A stretch of 64,000 nucleotides of DNA from assembly GCF_009914755.1 (NCBI RefSeq), contig NC_060933.1; one strand, given 5' to 3'. Shown piece after piece: positions 55,541 through 64,000 of this stretch. This DNA is from the human T2T-CHM13v2.0 reference genome, Homo sapiens. The first letter of the stretch is position 1; the number at the start of each line of letters is the position of its first letter. A model generated the notes under the pieces. The model saw only the letters and a program-made list of their open reading frames with translations, was not told the origin of the DNA and did not search any database. The translations under genes were made by a program, and so were the position numbers.

Positions 55541-58500
55541 CTTGGCTATGTCAAGAAATGTTAAGGAGAACATTTTGAAATTAGAAATTTTGCCATTCTT
55601 TAAAAAGAGACACATTTTCCACGATGTGGGGATGATCAAAACTCAAAACTGAATTGTGTAAGATTCAGACCTTATGCAGGCATCCTTTTTATTTTGCTTG
55701 TCTGAAAAACATCAGCCAAGCAAAATAAAAAGTATAAAGCATACATCATGCACTGTAAAAATTTAAAAACTGCATTTCCTTTTATATTACCTCTCTATGT
55801 GGAATTAACAATGCTAACTCATAAAGTCAATTTACAAATTAGAAAGGTATGTAAAGACAGTTTTCCAAATGATTTTTTAAAATGAGAGTTTTGTGCAAAC
55901 AATTGTTAAGATGTGCTGTTAGATTTATATAATAAAGTAGTACGATGTTGACTGGATATAGGCACAGTTGAGACATACTTTTTTATATTCGTGTATTTCA
56001 GATCCATCTAACATTGGTATTCATAAGGTAGAGATAAATGTTGGAATATTGATAGTTTTTTAAATTGTATATTATAAAGTTGATGATTTTATTAGGTGCA
56101 TTTCTGTATTTCTACATATAATCATTTCAGGCTAAAAATTATCATTGACATTTTAAGTCAAAAGAGAAGCAAAATATATGCCAATTAGTAGTCAATAATA
56201 ATTTTCCTCTAGCAGATTATAGTAAGTACCCAGTACAAAGATGATTGACTTCACACAAATAATCATCAAGGCATAATCTGTCTCTCAGCATTTATCAAGC
56301 TTTTCCCTCCCCAATTCATCAGAACTGTGACAGATTTTATGCCCATCTGTCATAATCAATTGAATCTTTTTCAGCCGACAGACTAAAGCACATGGGGGAA
56401 TTTCTAGATGATATGATGGCCAGCACTCCCTTCTGTCAGGAAATTGCAAGGTAGATTGAATGATGATTTTTTTACCTATGACAAGGGACTGCATTTTGGT
56501 TCCTCAAAGCAACGAAATGGTATTTTTTGTCCTTATCCATTGTTTCGTCATGTTAGAAAATTTTCATATTTTATTTAAATATTATGCCATCTTTTGCTTT
56601 ATTTTGGTTACAAGAATCTATCGTTTAATACATCTCTATGTAACACAGGTTAATCAGAACACTTCGACATATACTAGGAAGATAAAATTCTCAATTTCAT
56701 TTCCTCAGTTTAACAGGAATGTATTGAGCTTCTGCAGTGTACTCATTTTTTATCTTAATCGGATCATAATCTGATAAGAAAAGTAAATATATAAACAAAG
56801 TATTACCATGCAGTGTAATACATGCAAAAATTGACCCAAGAACAAGGTTAGCATTTAGTAATTAGTAATGGGTAATCTACTGTGTGAATGGTGAGACAAG
56901 TCTTCATTAGAATCAAAACGTAAGCTTTTGAGGAAAGTGAGTTTCAATTTGATAATCAGAGTATAAGTGGTTTTACCACAGGAGTAAGAATATGTTTTCT
57001 ACCTCATTTCCACAGCCACAGTAAGATTACACATGGAGATAAACCTCAGTTTTCAGTGGGAAATCCAGACATTTTCTTTGACATCAGAATTCAGCCAAAT
57101 TCTGCTTTTGCCTTGGCTACAATATTTGGAGCTTCAAATAGAGGATAAGTTAAAGTAACATTTTTTTCCTGATATCCCTCAACATCGACTATTATTTAAT
57201 TCATACCCAAGAAGATTTTTTGTGTACATAACGAGAGTAAGATGCAGAGACAATTCAGAGATAATTTTGTTATCATAAAGCTAATTGCTCCCTTACTTAA
57301 TTTGCACCTCCAAGGTGTAAGGGCTAATCTTTCCTGACTAATTCTGCAAACAAACAAAAGCACAGAAAGGCATTAGAAAAGTATATCTCTATATATTTTT
57401 TTCATTAATATATATCTTTCATTCATATATATCTTAGTATATATATTCATATAACAGTGAATTTGCATTACCACTGTTGTCTGAATCTCTTAAGTCCTTA
57501 CAGTTCTTAAGTTCTAGGGTGAACAAGATACCAGATAAATATTTTCACTTCAGTCAATTTATACTAGAGATGAGGGAAGTTTTACTAATCTAGTGATTTT
57601 AACATCAATCTAACCCTATAATAGCAATCCTAGTGACAAATGTGTCTTGATTCTACCTACTCACACCTCAGTGGGAAGTGAACATCTATTTAGTGTCACA
57701 AAATGCAAAGTCTGGTGAGTGTAACAGCATTCTAGCGGTTGTCAGTGTGGAGAAATTATTGTGAGGCTTTCAATTCCAAAGCTTTAAAAATTGTACTAAG
57801 GAAAGTTATAATGGTATATACTATTTACTCTTTTGATACATTTTCTGCTTCCTTTTATTTCTGTACTTTATTCTATAATAGTAATATTTAACTTTTGTCT
57901 TAGGTTCAGGAAAATATTGATGTTGATACTTACCAATTTAGACAGCATTCAGGCAAAATTTTTAATTTGGTTCCCCTTTAGCACATAGAAAAGTATGCTG
58001 AAAAGTGTATCTAGGGTCCCCAGCTTCACCATCTGCATTCTTTGACCTGTGAGCAGGACATTTTTTTTTTTTGCCATGCATTTGGAGTTGTGTTTCTGAC
58101 ATTTTCTAGATGTTCTCCAATTTGCTAGAGACATGTGATTCTGTCTCTGGATCTAGCTAATAATAAAATTCTCTACCTGAGAGGTTTTGCTTCAGAGAGT
58201 GGCAGGTTTTTAATTAATTTTAATAATGTAAAATTCCATTAGGAAACTTCCATCAGTTCATTGTGCAAACTAGTTATTTTCATACAGTAAAATTCTCATA
58301 AGTGTTCCCATCTATTTCTGAATTATTCATTTTTTCTGACTTGCTTATCTAATTATCTATGCTAATATCACATTGATTTGAAAATGGTGACTAAAATATT
58401 TTAATATCTTACAAGCCAATTATACTCTTAATTTTTAAGTAGCATTGGCTTTTACTGCTATTTACTCTATCATATGAGATTTGAAATAAGTTTTCAATAC

Positions 58501-60437
58501 CAAAGCAAAAATGCCTTAGAATAATCTTTGGATTTGAGTGAAATCATTTTAGATGTATATATGAATTTTGTTAGAAGTTCTAATTTTATGATATTAGAAC
58601 TTCCTAAATTAAGATAATAATTATAGATTTGTGTCTGTTTGACAGTGGCTTTTGGACATGGCTGTGGGATGTGGTCCATTGCTGAGGTGGCATATGTGTT
58701 CAGAGGAAATTTTAAAAAAAGAATAAAATGAACTAAAAGTCAGGTTGCTTTTAGTAATTATCATCTTGCAGCAGTTCCAAATCAATATCATGGATAAAAT
58801 ATCCATCTCCATTATGGTGATCAACTCCTACATACCTCACCCTTTTTTACTCCAGTATGATAAGGTTTTATACTTTTCATTTAAAAAAATTTTTGCGTAT
58901 TATTTTTAATTGACAAGTAAAAACTGTGTATTTATGGTGTACAATATAATGTTTTGATATACATATACATTGTGGAATGGCTATATCAAGCAATTTAACA
59001 TATGAATTACCTCACACATGAATTACCGCTTGTGTGTCGAGAGCACTTAAAATCTACTTGCTCAGCAATTTTCAAGTATACAATATATTGTATTAACTGT
59101 AGCAGCAAGGCATACAATAAATCTCTTGATCTTATTCCTCCTATCTAATGAAAATATTTTATCCTTTGACAAACATGTCCTCAACACCACTGGCCCACAA
59201 TCTCTGGTAAACACCATTTTATTCTCTATTCCTGTAAGTTTGACTTTTTTACACTCCACATGTAAGTGAAATCATGCAGTATGTCTTTCTGTGCCTAGCT
59301 TATTACACTTAACATAATGTCCTCCAGGCTCATGCATGTTGTCACAAATAACAGAATTTCATTTTGGCAAAGGATGAATAGTATTCCGTTGTGTATATGT
59401 ATTACATTTAAAACAATCAGTTCGTTCATTGATGGACACTTAGATCGAGGCTATGTCTTGGCTCTTGTAAATAATTTTTCAGTGAACATGGGAGTGTAGA
59501 TATCACTTGAACATACTGATTTTATTATTTTTTGCATAATGCCCAGTAGTTGTATAGTTGGGTAATATGATAATTTTAATCTTTGGAGGACCCTCCATAT
59601 TGTTTTTTATAATTGCTGTACTAACTTACAATTAATTTCACTAACAGTGTTTCAAGGGTTACCTTTCCACCACATTCTCACCAGCATTTATATATTGTCA
59701 TTTTTATAATAGCCATTTAAACAGGTGTGAGATGATATTTCATCGTAGTTTTAAATTGCATTTCTCTGATGATTAGTGATATTGAGCATTCTTTTCATAT
59801 ACTTCTTGGCCATTTGTATGTGTTCTTTTGGTAAATGTCTATTCAGATCTTATGCCCACTTTGTAATGGAATTATTTGTTTTTTTCTGTTTACTTGTTTG
59901 AGTTCCTTATATATTCTGGTTTAATCCTGTGTCAGAGAACAGGAAATATTTTCTCCCAATCTGTAAGTTGTTTATTTTGTTGGTTGTTTTGTTTGCTGTA
60001 TAGAAGCTTTTTAGCTTGATGTTATATTTTCCTAATTTTGCTTTTGTTGTCTATGCTTTTGGGGTTGTGTTTGCCTAGAACAGGAGCTTTTTTCTGTGTT
60101 GACTTTTGGGATTTTTACGGTTTTAGGTATAATATTAAGTCTTTAAATCTATTTTAAGTTGATTTTTGTTTATACTGTGAACTGTGGTCTAATTTCATTC
60201 ATCTAATTCTCCCATTGAATGTTTTTGACGTCTTTGTCAAAAATCACCTGACCGTAATGGATATATTTATTTCTGACCCTGCTGTTCTGTTCCATTGGTC
60301 AATGTGCCTGTTCTGTTCCATTGGACAATGTGCACATTGGTCAATGTGACTTTATAATGGAACTATGCTTTTATTATTACTACAGCTTTGTAGTAGATTT
60401 TCAGGTTAGTTAGTACAATACCTTTGGCTTTGTTCTC

Positions 60438-61290
60438 TTTTTTTTGGTGTAAATTTAGGAGGTACAAGTGTAATTTTGTTACCTGCATACTGAGTAATGG
60501 TGAAATTGGGGCTTTCAGTGTATCCATCATTGAAATAATGTACCTTGTACCCATTAAGTAATTTCTCATCTTCCACTCCCATCTCCACCCTTGCAATGAC
60601 TATCATTCCACAGTCTATGTCCATGTGTACACATTATTTAACTCACACAAATGAGAACATGTGGTATTTGTCTTTCCATGTCAGAGTTATTTCACTTAAG
60701 ATAGTGACCTCCAGTTCTATCCATGTTGCTGCAAAAAAACATGAATTTATTATTTTTATGGCTGAATAGCATTCCATTGTGTATATATGCCACATGTTTT
60801 TACCGAATCATCCATTGATGGACACTTGGGTTGATTTTATATATTTGCCATTGTGAATAGTGGTGTGATAAACATACAGGTAGCTTTTTGTTATAATGAT
60901 TTCTTTTTCCTTTGGGAAGATACATAGTTGTGGAATTGCTAGAACAAATGGTGGTTCTATTCACTGAGATACCTCCATACTGTTTTTCATAGAAGTTGGT
61001 AGTAAATTGCATTCCTTCCAACGGTGTATAAGTTTTTCCTTTCCTCTGCATTCTTGCCAACATCTGTTACAGTTTTGTCTTTTTTAATAGTAGCCATTTT
61101 GATCAGTATAAGATAAATATCTCATTGTGGCTTTAATGTGCATTTCTCTGATGAATAATGATGATGAGCATTTAAAAAACATATTTGTTAGCTATTTGTA
61201 TCTCTTTAAAAAAAAGTCTATTGATGTTCTCTGCCCACTTTTTAATAGGATTACTTGTTCTGTTGTTGTTAAGGTCTTTGAGTTTCTTGT
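60438..61290 (-). mobile_element. 5'-truncated L1PB (L1PB3/4-like)
   Basis: GGAGGTACAAGTGTAATTTTGTTAC...GGTGAAATTGGGGCTTTCAGTGTATCCATCA 3'UTR; degenerate GGCTTT-type TSD. Confidence 0.85.
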
Positions 61291-61523
61291 TAAGGCTTTT
61301 TTTTCCCCCTCAAGAATATATTGGCTATTCAGGGCCTTCTGTAGTTCCATATGAATTTTACAATTGTTTTTCTATTTTCATTTTTTGGGAACAATTTCAT
61401 TGAAATATTGGGAGAGATTGCATTGAATTTATAGGTTGCTTTGGGTAGTAAAGTCATGTTAACAATATTAATTCTTCCAATCGATGAACATTGGATATTT
61501 TTCCATTCATTTGTGTCTTTAAT

Positions 61524-61678
61524 TTTTTTCCTTTCTTATTTTTATTTTGGAGGCAGAGTCTCACTCTGTCACCCAGGCTGAAGTGCAGTCATAGCTGACT
61601 GCAGCCTCAAACCCCTGATCCTCCTACCTAAGCCTCCAAAGTAGCTGGGATGACAGGCACACGCCACTACACCCAGCT
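61524..61678 (-). mobile_element. Alu monomer (FRAM/FLAM or AluJ right arm)
   Basis: Single Alu arm with ATAGCTGACTGCAGCCTCAAAC; TSD-like TCTT(T/C)AATTT on both sides. Confidence 0.8.
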
Positions 61679-62589
61679 TTCTTCAATTTCTTTCATCAAT
61701 GTTTTATAATTTTCATATGGCATTCTTCATGTGTTTCCTCTACTCCTTAATTCAGTTAATTTTAGATTTTGTAGAGTCAAGTGTTCTTGTGAGTGAGGAT
61801 TTTCTTGTTTACATTTCTGATTATTAGAAGTATTGATAAAAGATAAAATCATACATTTCATTAATTGTTACACTGTACTAATATCTCTTCAGTTTTCTAA
61901 GCATGCAACTATTCTATCTGGAAGAAAATATTTACTTTCTGTTTTTTTTAACCTTTTTTTTAAACTAATATTTATATCAGTAATTTTAACCTCTGTCTTC
62001 TCATTTTTGCTACAGCTTCAAAGATAATAGTGCTGCTATTATCTGTTTCTTAAAACAAATGGCCACTATTTCACATTTTAACTGAACAATTCCCGATAGT
62101 CTCTTCTATACTATTTACAGTATACACAAAGTTTCCTGCTAATCTTATTCACAGTTGTTTTTTTACTTTTAATTAATGACATTGACTGTATATTATGACA
62201 AATAACAGCATTTTTTAAAAGACCACATGATTATTCTTACATAATTTACTGGTACATAGATTATATTTTTAAATTTCAGAGTTACTTGTAATTTTTAATT
62301 AGTTACTTTGACTGAATATTATCAAATTTTTTCTAGCATCTTTGATAAGACCTCAATATTTTTCTTCTATAAATTTACTGATGCATAAATTCATTTCATT
62401 TTACATTCATAGTCATATATAGCAGCCACAGTTTTACTGAATTAAATATATAATATTAGTATTAAACATATTCTGGTGAATAAGTTATATTAGAATGTTT
62501 TTATACTCTTGAATGTTTTTACTTGTATTTGACTATTACTTAAAAATAGGTGGAATTTAGCTGCAAACTTATTTAGTCAGGGTGCTTTT

Positions 62590-64000
62590 CTTTTTCATTT
62601 TTGTCGGTACACAGTAGGCGCATATATTCATGGGGTACATTAGATGTTTTGGTACAGGTATGCAATGTGTGAAAATCACATTGTGGATAATGGAGTATCT
62701 GTCTCCTCAAGTATTTACTTTTTGTGTTACAAAGAAGCAAATTACATTCTTTTAGTTATCTTAAAATGTACAATTAAGTTATTATTGACTATAGTCAACC
62801 TGTTGTGCTATCAAATAGTAGGTCTTTTTCCTTCTATTTTTTTTTTTTTGTACTCATTAACCCTTCATAACTCCTCTCCAACTCCCATTCCCCACTACCC
62901 TTCCCAGCCTCTGGTAACCATCCTTCCACACTTTTTTTGTCCTTGAGTTCAAATTGTTTTGATTTTTAGATCCCATAAATATATGAGAACATGTGATGTT
63001 TGTCTTTCTCTTCTTGGCTTATTTCACTTAACATAATGATCTCCAGTTCCATCAATATTGTTGCAAAATGACAGGATCTCATTTTTTTATGGTTGAATAG
63101 TACTCCATTGTGTATACATACAATTTTTTCTTTATCCATTAATCTGTTGATAAACACTTAGGTTGGGTACAAATCTTGGTTACTGTGAACAGTGCTGCAA
63201 CAAATATGAGAGTGTAGATAACTCTTTGATATACTGATTTATTTACTGTTGTGTATATACCCAGCAATGTGCATGCTGAATCATGTTTTTAGCTCTATTT
63301 TTATTTTATTGGGGAAACTTCAAACTGTTCTCCATAATGGCTGTACTCATTTATATTTCCACCAACAGTATGTAAGAGTTGCTTTTTCTCCATATCCTTG
63401 TCAGCATTTGTTACTGCCTGTCTTTTGGATATAAGTCATTTTAACTGGGGTTGGATGGTATCTCATTGTACTTTTGATTAGCATTTCTCTAATAATCAGT
63501 AAAGTTGAGTACCTTTTCATATACTTGTTTGCCATTTGTATGTCTTTTCTTGAGAAACTTTTATGCAAATCTTTTGCCCGTCTCTTGATCACATTAATAA
63601 TTTTTTTCTATAAAGTTACGTGAGCTTCTTATGGTTATAAATCCCTTGTCAGATGAGTAGTTCGCAAATATTTTCTCCCATTCTATGAGTTGTCTCTTCA
63701 CTTTGTTGATTGTATTATTTGCTGTGCAAAACCTTTTTAACTTCATGTGAGCCCATTTGTCCAGATTTGCTTTGGTTGCCGGTGCTTGTGGGGCATTACT
63801 CAAGAAATTTTTGCCCAAACCCAGGTCCTAGAGATTTTTCCCAATGTATTCTTGTAGTTGTTTCATAGGTTGAGGTTTTAAATTAAGTCTTGAATTATTT
63901 TCATTTGATTTTTATATATGATGAGAGAGGTCTAGTTTTATTTATCTGCATGTAGATATCTAGTTTTCCCAGCACCAGTTGTTGAAGGGACTGTCTTTTC
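62590..64000 (-). mobile_element. L1MA1/2-like element running off the window end
   Basis: GTAGGCGCATATATTCATGGGGTACAT...GCAATGTGTGAAAATCACAT 3' end. ORFs 63401-63592 and 63594-63818 are ORF2 fragments. Confidence 0.9.

Larger units (their letters stand above)
58890..61720 (-). mobile_element. L1MA8/9-like element interrupted by L1PB and an Alu monomer
   Basis: TTTTTAATTGACAAGTAAAAACTGTG...CATTGTGGAATGGCTA 3' end. ORF2 resumes at ~61294 after the nested L1. Confidence 0.85.

Overview
Primate (most likely human) AT-rich genomic DNA, intergenic or deep intronic. I see no protein-coding exon, RNA gene, CpG island or CRISPR array that I can support. The recognisable ORFs are L1 ORF2, Alu or LTR by-products. 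The window is a transposable-element mosaic: a decayed ERVL-class pol, two MER11 solo LTRs, LTR7, LTR12, MER67-like, MER4-group and MaLR LTRs, many L1 fragments, about nine Alu copies, and MIR, L2 and MER3 remnants. Many have target-site duplications (TSDs) readable directly. The most unusual structure is at 25.4-27.3 kb: one ERV1 LTR (TSD TATC) is split by about 1.24 kb of L1ME/L2 mosaic DNA with poly(A)-type hallmarks, consistent with a retrotransposed non-coding cargo, and an AluY later re-used the same nick site. Other items worth checking are three E-boxes spaced exactly 10 bp apart, a (CG6)4 expansion in an Alu, a ~58-bp degenerate array, an LTR7-MER11 tandem and a twin-priming L1 inversion. 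I found no evidence for a new multi-gene system. Repeat subfamily names come from recalled consensus sequences and need RepeatMasker/Dfam confirmation.
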